Part shown: one piece after another, positions 26,884 through 37,529 of the stretch
Numbering within the stretch: the stretch's first letter is position 1
How the letters are laid out: each line of letters begins with the position of its first letter
Notes under the pieces: model-generated
The model's database searches: none
What the model was told of the DNA's origin: nothing
The model's input: the letters and a program-made list of their open reading frames with translations, nothing else
Made by a program: the position numbers and the translations under genes
DNA from: a bacterium UBP16_UBA6123
GTDB lineage: Bacteria; Muiribacteriota; UBA9980
Direction: 5' to 3'
NCBI GenBank assembly: GCA_002423385.1
Contig: DIVV01000044.1
Span: 1-46,275 of the forward strand
DNA length: 46,275 nucleotides

Positions 26884-28689
26884 ATGGGTACTTCGCATAT
26901 AAGAAACTTTTCGATCATAGCGCATATCGATCACGGTAAATCGACTCTCGCTGATAGAATTTTAGAAATTACCGGCGCCGTGGCGAAACGCGATATGTCC
27001 AATCAGCTTCTGGATTCGATGGACCTTGAGCGCGAGCGCGGCATAACCATAAAAGCCTCCGCGGTACGCTTCGATTATAAGGCCCTGTCGGGTGAAACCT
27101 ATCTTATGAACCTGATAGACACGCCCGGTCACGTCGATTTTACTTACGAAGTGAGCCGCGCGCTGGCCGCATGCGAAGGAGCTCTTTTAGTCGTTGACGC
27201 CACTCAGGGAGTCGAGGCCCAGACGGTCGCGAATATGTACCTGGCTCTTGAAAATAACCTCGAAATAATTCCGGTTATTAATAAAATCGATTTACCCTCC
27301 GCTATGGCGGATCATGTCGAAGAAGAAATAGTCAAGGTTCTCGGCATCGATCACATTAAACCGCCGAAAATATCAGCTAAAGAAGGAAAAAATATAGGCG
27401 AGGTTCTCGAAAGCATCGTCGCTCACGTGCCCGCGCCGAAGGATAATTCTCATCTTCCTCTGAGGGCGCTGGTTTTCGATTCTTTTTACGATTCGTATAA
27501 AGGCGTTATAGCCTATATAAGGGTATTCGACGGCGAGATCAAAAAAGGCCAGAGAATTAAATTCATGGCTAATAATAAAGAACACGAGGTTATGGAAACG
27601 GGTATGCTGATGCCGAAAATGACCGAAGTGGCTTCACTTTCGAGCGGCCATGTCGGTTACGTCGCGGCTAACGTAAAAACCGTAAGCGATTTAAGAATCG
27701 GCGACACCATCACTTCGGCTGAAAACCCCGCCCTGGTGGCTTTAGCGGGTTATAAAGACAGTAAACCTATGGTTTTTTGCGGAGTATATCCGGTAGATAA
27801 TACTAAATACGAAGTGCTCAGGGAAGCTCTTAATAAATATAAACTTAACGATTGTTCGGTAGTTTTTGAACCCGAAAATTCGGTGGCGCTCGGATTCGGC
27901 TTCCGTTGCGGCTTTCTGGGGCTTTTACATATGGACGTTTTTCAGGAGAGAATCGAAAGGGAATACGGGTTGGAAGTCATTACTACCGCGCCTTCCGTTA
28001 AATATCGCGTCATCACTAAAGCGGGCGCGGAGTTTTTTTTCGACAACCCGGCTAAAATGCCCGATCCGACTGAAATTGAAAGAACTTACGAGCCGTTTAT
28101 TAAAGCTAGTATTTTCACGCCGAAAGATTACGTCGGCACTATAATGGACCTTATGCGCGAACGCCGCGGCACTTATTTAAGCATGGATTACATCGACGAT
28201 AAAAGAGTGACGCTGCACTATGAAATGCCGCTGGCTGAAATGGTAATAGATTTTTATGATAAACTCAAATCCAGAACTAAAGGCTATGCATCGCTGGATT
28301 ACGAGCTTGGCGAATATAAGGAGTCTGATGTCGTTAAAATCGATATCCTTCTTAATAACGAGCCTATCGACGCGCTTTCTTTTATAACTCATAAAGATTT
28401 CGCTTATCAGCGTTCTAAAATATTATGCGAAAAATTAAAAAAATCGATACCGCGCCAGCTTTTTGTTATTCCGATACAGGGCGCTATCGGCAATAAAATA
28501 ATATCGCGCGAGACCATCGGCGCTCTCAGAAAGGACGTTACCGCTAAATGCTATGGCGGCGACATTTCCCGTAAAAGAAAACTTCTCGAAAAACAGAAGG
28601 AAGGCAAAAAGCGGATGAAAATGGTCGGCACGGTAGAAATCCCGCAGGAGGCGTTTATGTCGCTTCTGCAGATAGGCGAAGAAGAATAA
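26884..28689 (+). CDS. lepA: Elongation factor 4 (LepA)
   Basis: [22 protein letters not shown] and NKIDL motifs are present, along with the LepA-specific C-terminal domain ([15 protein letters not shown]). Confidence 0.97.
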   Translation: MGTSHIRNFSIIAHIDHGKSTLADRILEITGAVAKRDMSNQLLDSMDLERERGITIKASAVRFDYKALSGETYLMNLIDTPGHVDFTYEVSRALAACEGALLVVDATQGVEAQTVANMYLALENNLEIIPVINKIDLPSAMADHVEEEIVKVLGIDHIKPPKISAKEGKNIGEVLESIVAHVPAPKDNSHLPLRALVFDSFYDSYKGVIAYIRVFDGEIKKGQRIKFMANNKEHEVMETGMLMPKMTEVASLSSGHVGYVAANVKTVSDLRIGDTITSAENPALVALAGYKDSKPMVFCGVYPVDNTKYEVLREALNKYKLNDCSVVFEPENSVALGFGFRCGFLGLLHMDVFQERIEREYGLEVITTAPSVKYRVITKAGAEFFFDNPAKMPDPTEIERTYEPFIKASIFTPKDYVGTIMDLMRERRGTYLSMDYIDDKRVTLHYEMPLAEMVIDFYDKLKSRTKGYASLDYELGEYKESDVVKIDILLNNEPIDALSFITHKDFAYQRSKILCEKLKKSIPRQLFVIPIQGAIGNKIISRETIGALRKDVTAKCYGGDISRKRKLLEKQKEGKKRMKMVGTVEIPQEAFMSLLQIGEEE

Positions 28690-28736
28690 TCGTGTAAAGA
28701 TCACCGGTTTATAAAATTTTAGTCGGGGGTAATGAT

Positions 28737-29018
28737 ATGGACGGTCAGGATAGGGTAGTAGTCAGCGTCATAGGCGTCAACCGTGTCGGCATAGTGTCGA
28801 AAATATCGACGGTAGTGGCGGAATTGAACGCGAGCATTCTCGATATATCGCAGACGCTTATAGGCGATTTGTTTTCGATGATAATGATTATCGACGTGGC
28901 AAAATCGAATTTAGAATTTAAATTTTTACGTGAAAAACTCGAAACCGCCGGTAATGAAATGGGCGTTAAAGCTATCGTTCTTCACGAAAATACTTTCAGA
29001 TATATGCACAGGGTTTAG
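28737..29018 (+). CDS. ACT-domain protein (UPF0237 family)
   Basis: The 93-aa product VVVSVIGVNRVGIVSKISTVVAELNASILDISQT shows the ACT beta-alpha-beta-beta-alpha-beta pattern. Confidence 0.7.
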   Translation: MDGQDRVVVSVIGVNRVGIVSKISTVVAELNASILDISQTLIGDLFSMIMIIDVAKSNLEFKFLREKLETAGNEMGVKAIVLHENTFRYMHRV

Positions 29019-29237
29019 TGATTTTGAAAAAAATATAAAAAGTGGACGAACAAAAATAGAGTGGAGTGGAGTGGAATAAAATAAAATAAAAAATAATTGA
29101 TAAATTGATTATTTTCTGTTAAAATGATTCTGTCATTAACAAGCAGTCGTTAAAAATAAATAATAAGCGGTTTTGCTTGCGGGTGTTCTACATTTTGATA
29201 GTGAGTGCCGTTTGTTAAAAAAATCTATCCGGTTTCG

Positions 29238-29266
29238 TTAAATTTGTAAATATTTACCGGTATAAT
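29238..29266 (+). promoter_or_regulatory. Putative sigma70-type promoter upstream of cheA (TTAAAT -17- TATAAT)
   Basis: The sequence is cgTTAAATttgtaaatatttaccggTATAATg, about 80 nt upstream of the cheA ATG. Confidence 0.35.
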
Positions 29267-29347
29267 GTTTTTATATAGAGCCGGATCGATTGCATTCGGT
29301 CGATATTGTTGGAATATAAAGATTTTAATTGTGGGCGGCATTAAAAT

Positions 29348-32300
29348 ATGGAAAATAATCAAATAAATCTTGATGGCAGAACGGATACGGCGAAAAAATT
29401 TTTAAACGATTCGCTTTCTTTATTGATTCAGGCTGATATTTCGTCAGCCGATTTTTCGACTATTATTACCCGGATTAAATTAAATATCGACGATGCGCTC
29501 AAACTTTCTTCGTCTTCTTCCGAAACCGACCTGCTGTCGGTTTCTTTAAATTCGGCCAGTTCGATATTGTTTGAGACCGATCCAGAAATAATTAAAGTGT
29601 TAGTGGAGCTGCTTGAAAGCTCGTTAGCCAAAGCTATCGAGCATTTCGACGCTCTCGAAATCGCGGCGGACGGGCCGTCGCAGGCTGAACCTGCTAAAAC
29701 TGAAACGGTGAGAGATAAAAGTGCCGAGCGCGAAATATTGCTCACTTTTATTGACGAATGCGGCGAGCATATACAGGCGGCTGAAGAATCGCTTTTAAAA
29801 CTCGAAGAAGACCCTTCACGCCTGGATTCGCTTAACGACGTATTTCGTTCATTCCATACGATAAAAGGTTCGGCGCATTTTTTAAATTTAAAAAACATAT
29901 CTGAATTTGCGCATGAGGCCGAGAATTTTTTGAGTGAAATACGCGAAGGTAAAGTTAAATTCAGTAAAAGCAATCTCGAACTGGCTTTTCGCGCGATCGA
30001 CGAGTTAAAAATGCTTGTGGCCGGAGTTAAAGCGGATGGCAGTGATTCTAAGAGTCCCGATTATCGAAGGCTGATGACGGCCTTTAAAAAAGGCGGAGCG
30101 CATGAGGCGCCGGCAAGCGTCGAAGAAGTCGCGGCGGTTCCTCTTACAGCCGAAGGCCTGGCTAAAAAAGTAATAAGCGACCTGGAACATATATCTAATG
30201 CCTTGATGCAGGCTGAAACCGACGATCTTAAAACTTTTATAAATCTTAAAAATTCTCTGAACAGCGTTGCGAAGGTCTGCACCGACGAAGTAGCCGTTTC
30301 GGTAATTGAAGCGGCTGGTTTTCAGCTCGATGAAATTATTACAAGCACGGCAGATGACTGCTTTCAAATAGTCAGCGTTGCAAGCGCGATGATTGAATCC
30401 TGCATAACCCATCTTGAAAGCCGAATTTCCGGCCAAAAATCTAAAGCAGCCGCGCCGGCGGTCAGGACCGCTGTTTCCAGAGCAGTCAAACCGGCCGCGG
30501 AAAAAATCGAAAAAACCGTCATTGAACCCGCGGCGGAGGTTGTTATAGCCGAATCCCTGCCGGCAATCGAAGTCAGCTTCGAATTCGAACCCGATAGTAT
30601 CGATCGTGAAATGTTTTTGACTTTTATCGATGAATGCCTCGAACATATCCAGGCGTCTGAAGAAGCGCTTTTAAACTTAGAAAACAATCTCGAAGATATA
30701 ACTTCCATAAACACGGTTTTCAGGGCGTTTCATACAGTAAAAGGCTCTTCGTCGTTTCTGGGTCTCGCGGGAGTTACGGAGCTGGCACATCACGCCGAAT
30801 CGCTTTTAGTTAAAATACGCGATAAAGAAATACCATATAATAAAAGCTTCGCCGATATCTGTCTCAGATCGGTCGATATATTAAAAACGCTTATCGTTTC
30901 ACTTAAAATCGGCGATTATAAAAAGCCCGATAATTACGACGATCTGTTAAGGCTTTTAATGAGCCCTGAATTAAAAAAAGGAATCGTGCCGCAGTTTGCG
31001 GCAGCGTCGAAAGTTAAGCCGGGTTCTTCGGCTGCCACGGCGTCTCCAGCCGCCGTCGTTTCTTTAAAATCGCCGGTTGAATCATTTGCGGTCGCGCCGG
31101 CCGTTAAAATAACCGAAACCGCTCCGCGGTTAAATGTTCCGGCCGCCGCCGCGCAAGTTAAATCCGCCGTGGAGGCGCCTGAAGCAAAAAAAACGCCCGT
31201 TTCTACAAACGATGAAGAAGAATCAACGGTCCGCGTTAAAATTGCGCGAATCGATAAGCTTATCGATATGGTCGGAGAGCTGGTTATTTCACATTCGATG
31301 GTCGCGCAGGATGAGGCCATGGTAAACGGAGCCAACCATATACTGGCAAAAAAAGTAATGCAGTCAGGTAAAATTATTCGCGAATTGCAGGATTTAAGCA
31401 TGACTATGCGTATGATACCCTTCCGCGCAACTTTTCAAAAAATGGCCCGCGTGGTGCGCGATATTTCCGGTAAAAACGGCAAAGAAATAGATTTTATAAC
31501 TTCCGGTAAAGAAACGGAAGTTGACCGTAATCTTGTAGATATAATTAACGACGCGCTTATGCACATGGTAAGAAACTCCGTAGATCACGGTATCGAGCCG
31601 CCCGAAGTAAGAAAGCAGGCGGGCAAGCCTGAAAAAGGCCGCGTAGTGCTTTCGGCGTTTCATTCAGGCGGCAATGTCGTAATCGAAATAAAAGACGACG
31701 GCAAGGGGCTGGATCGTCCCAAAATCGTTAAAAAAGCTATTGAAAAGGGCCTGATTAAATCCGATGAAACTATGAGCGATTCAGAAGTTTTCAATCTCGT
31801 CTTTCTTCCCGGATTTTCTACGGCGGATCAGATTACCGATATATCCGGCCGCGGCGTCGGTATGGACGTGGTTAAAACATCCATAGAATCCTTGCGCGGG
31901 CGTATCGATATAACCTCGATGCCCGGTAACGGCTGTTGCTTTTCGATCAAAGTGCCGCTAACTCTCGCCGTTACCGATGGTATGCTTATAAAGGTGGGAT
32001 CGCAGCGTTATATAATACCTACCGCCAATATTTATCTTACTTTCAGGCCTAAAATCGAAGATATATTTACAATGGCCGGCCGCGGCGAAATGGTAATGCT
32101 TCACCAGAAGATGATACCGGTTTTCAGGCTTCATAAAATTTTCAACATATCCAATGCGATTGAAAATCCATGGGATTCTTTATTCGTAGTTATCGACGAC
32201 GGCGATAATAAGCACTGCGCGGTACTGGTAGACGAACTTCTCGGCCAGCAGCAGATAGTGGCTAAACCGCTCGGTAACGCGCTCGGTAAAATCGAAGGCA

Positions 32301-32413
32301 TTTCCGGCGGCGCGATACTCGGCGACGGCAAGGTGGGCCTTATAATAGACACTAAAGAGATAGTCAGCATTGCCCGCCAGATGGCCAACGTTCAGATCAA
32401 GCAGATCGCGTGA
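29348..32413 (+). CDS. cheA: Chemotaxis histidine kinase CheA with two tandem Hpt (P1) domains
   Basis: Hpt-1 is ILLTFIDECGEHIQAAEE...FRSFHTIKGSAHFL and Hpt-2 is EMFLTFIDECLEHIQASEE...FRAFHTVKGSSSFL. A dimerisation domain (VRVKIARIDKLIDMVGELVI), a HATPase domain (DALMHMVRNSVDHGIE...GRGVGMDVV) and a C-terminal CheW-like domain follow. Confidence 0.92.
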   Translation: MENNQINLDGRTDTAKKFLNDSLSLLIQADISSADFSTIITRIKLNIDDALKLSSSSSETDLLSVSLNSASSILFETDPEIIKVLVELLESSLAKAIEHFDALEIAADGPSQAEPAKTETVRDKSAEREILLTFIDECGEHIQAAEESLLKLEEDPSRLDSLNDVFRSFHTIKGSAHFLNLKNISEFAHEAENFLSEIREGKVKFSKSNLELAFRAIDELKMLVAGVKADGSDSKSPDYRRLMTAFKKGGAHEAPASVEEVAAVPLTAEGLAKKVISDLEHISNALMQAETDDLKTFINLKNSLNSVAKVCTDEVAVSVIEAAGFQLDEIITSTADDCFQIVSVASAMIESCITHLESRISGQKSKAAAPAVRTAVSRAVKPAAEKIEKTVIEPAAEVVIAESLPAIEVSFEFEPDSIDREMFLTFIDECLEHIQASEEALLNLENNLEDITSINTVFRAFHTVKGSSSFLGLAGVTELAHHAESLLVKIRDKEIPYNKSFADICLRSVDILKTLIVSLKIGDYKKPDNYDDLLRLLMSPELKKGIVPQFAAASKVKPGSSAATASPAAVVSLKSPVESFAVAPAVKITETAPRLNVPAAAAQVKSAVEAPEAKKTPVSTNDEEESTVRVKIARIDKLIDMVGELVISHSMVAQDEAMVNGANHILAKKVMQSGKIIRELQDLSMTMRMIPFRATFQKMARVVRDISGKNGKEIDFITSGKETEVDRNLVDIINDALMHMVRNSVDHGIEPPEVRKQAGKPEKGRVVLSAFHSGGNVVIEIKDDGKGLDRPKIVKKAIEKGLIKSDETMSDSEVFNLVFLPGFSTADQITDISGRGVGMDVVKTSIESLRGRIDITSMPGNGCCFSIKVPLTLAVTDGMLIKVGSQRYIIPTANIYLTFRPKIEDIFTMAGRGEMVMLHQKMIPVFRLHKIFNISNAIENPWDSLFVVIDDGDNKHCAVLVDELLGQQQIVAKPLGNALGKIEGISGGAILGDGKVGLIIDTKEIVSIARQMANVQIKQIA

Positions 32414-32463
32414 AAAATAAAAATAAAAATAAATAAATAAAGTAATTTTGTACACTGGGAAGG

Positions 32464-33000
32464 ATGAAATCAAAGATGAGCGAAGAAGTCAACAGAAATT
32501 CCGGATTCGGTTCCATCGCCGCGGCCGTGAAAAAAATCGAAGGCGGCAAGTTTCTTACTTTCTATCTGGGCAGTGAAGAATATGGAATTCAGATACTTAA
32601 AGTTCAGGAAATAATCGGTATAATGGAAATCACGCCCGTGCCGCGCACTCCCGATTTTATTAAAGGGGTTATCAATTTGCGCGGCCATATAATTCCTATA
32701 ATTTATCTAAGGTCTAAATTCGGAATGCCTCAGATTGAAAATACCGAACAAACTTGTATAGTCGTAGTCAAAACCAGAAATCTTATAATGGGCCTGATAG
32801 TCGATAGAGTATGCGAAGTTTCCGATATTCCTACTAATGATATCGATGAAGCGCCGTCATTCGGCACTTTCGTCAACACCGAATATATACTTGGAATAGG
32901 AAAATTCGCGAGTAAAGTTAAATTGCTGTTAGACATAGATAAAGTTATTACCGCCCAGGAATATGACGGTATAGCGAAAATAGTCCAGAGCGCCGCTTAA
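32464..33000 (+). CDS. cheW: Chemotaxis coupling protein CheW
   Basis: The CheW fold is recognisable (FLTFYLGSEEYGIQILKVQEIIGIMEITPVPRTPDFIKGVINLRGHIIPIIYLR). Confidence 0.9.
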   Translation: MKSKMSEEVNRNSGFGSIAAAVKKIEGGKFLTFYLGSEEYGIQILKVQEIIGIMEITPVPRTPDFIKGVINLRGHIIPIIYLRSKFGMPQIENTEQTCIVVVKTRNLIMGLIVDRVCEVSDIPTNDIDEAPSFGTFVNTEYILGIGKFASKVKLLLDIDKVITAQEYDGIAKIVQSAA

Positions 33001-33066
33001 GCTATATTAACGATTAAACTAACAAACAATTCATTGATAAATTATTAATTTATAGTCAACAAAATT

Positions 33067-36000
33067 ATGGAGGTCGTAATGGAGTCACTGAAACGCAGGT
33101 TAATGCTTACGGGTGCATTTATTGTTTTTTTTCCGATGTTAATAACCATAGGCGCGCTTTATATTACAGGCGCTCTTAAAACGCCCGTATTGCTGGCGGT
33201 AGCAGGCGGCGCTATAGTCGGTCTCGCCGCGGCGCTTCTTGCCGTGGAAAAAATCATGGCTTCGGCCGTTAAACTCAATTCCGCCGTAGAAAAAATTTCG
33301 AAAGGCGAAACCGTTAAAATTGTTGGAGCCGACAGGACCGATTATTTTTATTTGATAATTGAAAACTTAAATCAAATGATTAATAATTGTGATAGTTTTA
33401 AAAAAGATATCGGAACGGTTATGGACAGCCTGATTAACGGCGATTGTACCTTTAATGTTAATTTAAGCCAGTATGACGGAAATTACCGCGTGGCGCTCGA
33501 AAAAATAATCGAATCATGCAAAAAAGTCAATGAACCGCTCAGTGTTATGAACGGCGTTATCGATAAAGTCAGCAAGGGCGATATTACAAGCGAACGAATT
33601 AACGTAGAGACCAGAGGCGCCATGACCTCGCTTAAAAATAACACCAACTCGCTTCTTAACACGATAGATAATCTTTTAAATGAAGTTAAGGTAGTTTGTA
33701 TCGCCACTATTTTCGAAGGCAAACTCGATAAGCGCGCTAACGTATCTCTGTTTAGCGGTCGCTGGGCGCGTTTGGCGACGGGCATAAACGATATAGTAAA
33801 CACATTCGTTAAACCGCTCACGCTATCCTCCGATTATATAACCTCGATAAGCTGCGGCAATATTCCGGCTAAAATTACGGAAGAATACAAGGGCGATTTT
33901 AATATACTCAAAAATTCGTTCAATCTCTGCATAGGCAATCTTCAATCGATGATAAAAGAAGTCAACGACCTTACGCATGCGGCGGCGGACGGCAATCTCA
34001 AAAAAAGAGGCAATGCCGATAAATATGAAGGCGCTTATCGTGAAATCATATCCGGCATCAATCAAACTCTGGATTCCGTCATTAATCCCGTTAGTAAAAT
34101 GAATGAATATTTAGTGCAGCTCAGCAAAGGCGAAATCGCCGGCAAAATCGAAGATGATTGCAAAGGCGATTTCTGCGAGCTCAAAGACAGCCTCAATAAA
34201 CTTATAACGACGCTCGATAACCTGCTTAATGAAGTCAAGGTAGTTTGTATCGCTACTATTTTCGAAGGTCACATAGATAAGCGCGCTAACGTATCGCTTT
34301 TTTCCGGCCGCTGGGCTAAGCTGGCCTCGGGTATAAACGATCTTATCAACGCTTTCGCCAACCCTCTGAAGATGTCGGCGAGCTATATCACCCAAATCGG
34401 CAGCGGCACGATACCGCCCGTGATCACTGAAGAATATAAAGGCGATTTCAATTTAATCAAAAATTCGTTCAATAGTTGCATAGGCAATTTGAATAACTTA
34501 ACGGTCGAAGTCGAAGCGCTCACGCACGCGGCTACCGACGGCAAGCTGAAAGTGCGCGGTAATGCCGATAAATTCGAAGGCGTTTACAGGGAAATAATAG
34601 TGGAAATAAACAGCACGCTCGATGCTATCGTTAATCCGCTTAACGTTGCCGCCGATTATGTGGCTAAAATAAGCAGAGGCGAAGTTTCTGAGAAAATCAC
34701 AGCCGAGTACAAGGGCGATTTCAACGATATCAAACTGAATCTTAACAGTCTCATAAATACGGTAGATACTATGCTCGGCGAAATAAAAACTATATGTATC
34801 GCGGTTATATTTGAAGGCAAACTCGATAAACGCACCAGCGTCTCACAATTCAGCGGCCGCTGGGCTAAACTCGCTTCGGGTATAAACGATATAGTAAATT
34901 CTTTAGTCAATCCCTTAAAGGTATCTTCGGATTATCTGCTTAAAATAAGCCATGGTGAAATACCTTCTAAAATTACCGAAGAATATAAAGGCGATTTTAA
35001 CGAAATCAAAAGCAGTATCAATACCTGTCTGGATACTTTGACTTCGCTTATTATAACCGACGGCGGCGCGGCGCTTCAGGCGGCGGCCGATAAAGACCTT
35101 ACCGCACGGGTTAAAAAGACCTATAGCGGTTTATACGATAAAATGAAGGAAAATATTAATTCGCTGATTGAAAATCTGGAGGAAATGTTTAAAAATATAG
35201 GCGCGAACGCTGAAAACGTTTCATCTTCGTCGAGCCAGATCAGTAAAGGCGCGCAGTCTCTCGCGCAGGGCGCCTCCGAACAGGCGAGCGCTCTGGAAGA
35301 AGTATCGAGCAGTCTTCATCAGATGAATTCGATGGCCAGACAGAATGCCGCCAATGCCAAGGAAGGTCAGAATCTTACTACGAGCGCCCGCAGCAGCACC
35401 GAACGCGGCGTTGACAGCATGAAAAAAATGTCGGTGGCTATAAACCAGATCAAAGATTCGTCGAATAACACGGCTAAGATATTAAAAACCATTGACGAAA
35501 TAGCTTTTCAAACCAATCTTCTCGCTTTGAACGCGGCCGTCGAAGCGGCGCGCGCGGGTGATGCGGGCAAGGGCTTCGCGGTCGTCGCCGATGAAGTGAG
35601 AAATCTGGCTATGAGAAGCGCGGAGGCCGCTAAAAATACGGCGCGTATGATAGAAGAATCGGTTAAATACGCTAATAACGGCGTTGGTATAAACGAGGAA
35701 GTAATGAAAAACCTCGATGAAATCAACGGCCAGGTAAAAAAAGTAAATGAATTCATGTCCGAAATTTCCGCCGCTTCAGAGCAGCAGAGCGAAGGCATTA
35801 ATCAAATTAACACCGCGGTCGCGCAGATGAATCAGGTCACGCAGCAGAACGCCGCTTATTCCGAAGAATCGGCGAGCGCTTCACAGGAGCTTACCTATCA
35901 GGCCGATCAGATGAAAAATATGATCTTGCAGTTTAAACTCAGCAGCGTTAAAACGAGGGTAATGAATGGAGGCTTCGATTATAACTCGGCTCCCGGGTAT

Positions 36001-36171
36001 AACAGGCGGCCGATAATTCAGCCTATAGCGCCGCCGGCCGCGCATGCGCCTCACATGAAAAAAGATTTTGGCGAATATGAAAATTATCAGGCGTCTTCAA
36101 AAAGTATAGAGGCCGACCCAAAAAAAGTGATACCCTTCGAAGACGATACTAATGTGCTGCATGAGTTTTAA
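33067..36171 (+). CDS. Methyl-accepting chemotaxis protein with two N-terminal TM helices, no periplasmic domain and a cytoplasmic poly-HAMP-like repeat array
   Basis: A canonical MCP signalling domain is present ([45 protein letters not shown]). Six HAMP-like units of about 90 aa come in two alternating flavours (..[32 protein letters not shown].. and ..[34 protein letters not shown]..). The likely start is the ATG at 33079, which follows GGAGG. Confidence 0.9.
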   Translation: MEVVMESLKRRLMLTGAFIVFFPMLITIGALYITGALKTPVLLAVAGGAIVGLAAALLAVEKIMASAVKLNSAVEKISKGETVKIVGADRTDYFYLIIENLNQMINNCDSFKKDIGTVMDSLINGDCTFNVNLSQYDGNYRVALEKIIESCKKVNEPLSVMNGVIDKVSKGDITSERINVETRGAMTSLKNNTNSLLNTIDNLLNEVKVVCIATIFEGKLDKRANVSLFSGRWARLATGINDIVNTFVKPLTLSSDYITSISCGNIPAKITEEYKGDFNILKNSFNLCIGNLQSMIKEVNDLTHAAADGNLKKRGNADKYEGAYREIISGINQTLDSVINPVSKMNEYLVQLSKGEIAGKIEDDCKGDFCELKDSLNKLITTLDNLLNEVKVVCIATIFEGHIDKRANVSLFSGRWAKLASGINDLINAFANPLKMSASYITQIGSGTIPPVITEEYKGDFNLIKNSFNSCIGNLNNLTVEVEALTHAATDGKLKVRGNADKFEGVYREIIVEINSTLDAIVNPLNVAADYVAKISRGEVSEKITAEYKGDFNDIKLNLNSLINTVDTMLGEIKTICIAVIFEGKLDKRTSVSQFSGRWAKLASGINDIVNSLVNPLKVSSDYLLKISHGEIPSKITEEYKGDFNEIKSSINTCLDTLTSLIITDGGAALQAAADKDLTARVKKTYSGLYDKMKENINSLIENLEEMFKNIGANAENVSSSSSQISKGAQSLAQGASEQASALEEVSSSLHQMNSMARQNAANAKEGQNLTTSARSSTERGVDSMKKMSVAINQIKDSSNNTAKILKTIDEIAFQTNLLALNAAVEAARAGDAGKGFAVVADEVRNLAMRSAEAAKNTARMIEESVKYANNGVGINEEVMKNLDEINGQVKKVNEFMSEISAASEQQSEGINQINTAVAQMNQVTQQNAAYSEESASASQELTYQADQMKNMILQFKLSSVKTRVMNGGFDYNSAPGYNRRPIIQPIAPPAAHAPHMKKDFGEYENYQASSKSIEADPKKVIPFEDDTNVLHEF
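33640..35030 (+). repeat. Three tandem copies of a ~549-bp intragenic repeat inside the MCP gene
   Basis: Near-identical stretches occur at 33679-33735, 34228-34284 and, more diverged, 34811-34834 (aatgaagtYaaggtagtttgtatcgcYactattttcgaagg...gataagcgcgctaacgtatc). The period is 549 bp, or 183 aa. Confidence 0.85.
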
Positions 36172-36206
36172 CAGGATGAATATCCCGGCTTCAGGGCGGG
36201 AATAAA

Positions 36207-37046
36207 ATGGAATATATTTCGGCTAAATTAAGTGATTATGAATTCGACAGAATATCCGGTCTGGTATATTCACTTTGTGGAATAAGCCTCGGCAGCGGAA
36301 AGAAAGAATTAGTGACGGCCCGCCTGGCCAAAAGGCTTAACGAGCTCAAACTTCAGAGTTATGACGCTTATCTTAAGTATTTAAGCGGCGATGAGAGCGG
36401 TTACGAGCTGCTACAGCTTATAGACGTAATAACTACCAATGTAACGAGTTTTTTTCGGGAAATGCACCATTTTGATTATATCAGGGAGCGTATTCTGCCG
36501 GAATATAGAATTAAATCGGAAAAGATCCGCGTCTGGAGCGCCGGCTGCTCTTCGGGTGAAGAACCTTACTCGATGGCGGTTCTGCTTTTTGAAGAAATCG
36601 GAAATCTTATGCTTCGCGACGTGAAAATATTGGCTACGGATATATCCACTAACATTCTGACGAAGGCCAAAGAAGGCGTCTATGATAAGCAGCTCGTGAA
36701 CGGCGTTCCAAAGATGCTGTTGAACAAATATTTCGACGCTTTCACGGACAGGGACGAATACGGCAGAACTTTATATAATTTTAAAGTTAAATCCGACATA
36801 AGGAGCGTCGTGCGCTTCGCGCGTCTTAATTTAATGGAAGATTGGCCTATGAAGGGGCCGTTTAAAATTATATTCTGCCGTAACGTTATGATTTATTTCG
36901 ATAAAAAAACTCAGGAAAAATTAGTCGGCAAGTATCACGCCCTGCTCGAAACCGGCGGACATTTATTCATCGGTCATTCTGAAAATTTATCGTCTATTTC
37001 GCATTCGTTTAAATATGTTCAGCCGGGGGTGTATCTGAAATGTTAA
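36207..37046 (+). CDS. cheR: Chemotaxis protein methyltransferase CheR
   Basis: The SAM-binding motif VWSAGCSSGEEPYSMAV is present and the product has CheR-typical length and architecture. Confidence 0.9.
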   Translation: MEYISAKLSDYEFDRISGLVYSLCGISLGSGKKELVTARLAKRLNELKLQSYDAYLKYLSGDESGYELLQLIDVITTNVTSFFREMHHFDYIRERILPEYRIKSEKIRVWSAGCSSGEEPYSMAVLLFEEIGNLMLRDVKILATDISTNILTKAKEGVYDKQLVNGVPKMLLNKYFDAFTDRDEYGRTLYNFKVKSDIRSVVRFARLNLMEDWPMKGPFKIIFCRNVMIYFDKKTQEKLVGKYHALLETGGHLFIGHSENLSSISHSFKYVQPGVYLKC

Positions 37047-37513
37047 AAGTCGTAGGCATGGCGGATATGAAAATATCGAACGCCGACAGCGATATAATCG
37101 TCACTTACGCGCTTGGAAGCTGCATCGGGCTTACCGTTTACGATCCTTTAACCAGGGTCGGCGGCATGATGCATGCGATGATGCCTGATTCAAAAATAGA
37201 CCCGCCGCGTTCGAAAGAAAATCCCTTTATTTTCGTGGATACCGGATTTCCTCTGCTCATCGACGAATGCCTTAAATACGGGGCTAAAAAGGAACGCCTT
37301 CAAATAAAAGCGGCAGGCTGTTCAGCGCTTAAAACGGGTCATTTTTTTAAGATCGGGTATAAAAATTTTAACTGCTTGAACGATCTTTTAAGTTCTTATA
37401 ATTTATCGCTTCATGCTTACGACGTAGGCGGCGCGGCATCGCGAACTATGAAACTGGCGATTTCAGACGGCGAAGTCCTCGTTGAAGATAACCGGAAAAA
37501 AATAAAACTATAA
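37040..37513 (+). CDS. cheD: Chemoreceptor glutamine deamidase CheD
   Basis: The CheD signature ALGSCIGLTVYDP...GGMMHAMMP is present. The gene overlaps the 3' end of cheR. Confidence 0.85.
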   Translation: MLKVVGMADMKISNADSDIIVTYALGSCIGLTVYDPLTRVGGMMHAMMPDSKIDPPRSKENPFIFVDTGFPLLIDECLKYGAKKERLQIKAAGCSALKTGHFFKIGYKNFNCLNDLLSSYNLSLHAYDVGGAASRTMKLAISDGEVLVEDNRKKIKL

Positions 37514-37529
37514 ATTCGGGGGAATAAAA

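Noticed and set aside
29428-31663. Several minus-strand ORFs (73-213 aa) within cheA
   Set aside because: They are embedded antisense in a gene with clear CheA domain architecture. The Ser/Cys/Phe-rich translations have no recognisable motifs.
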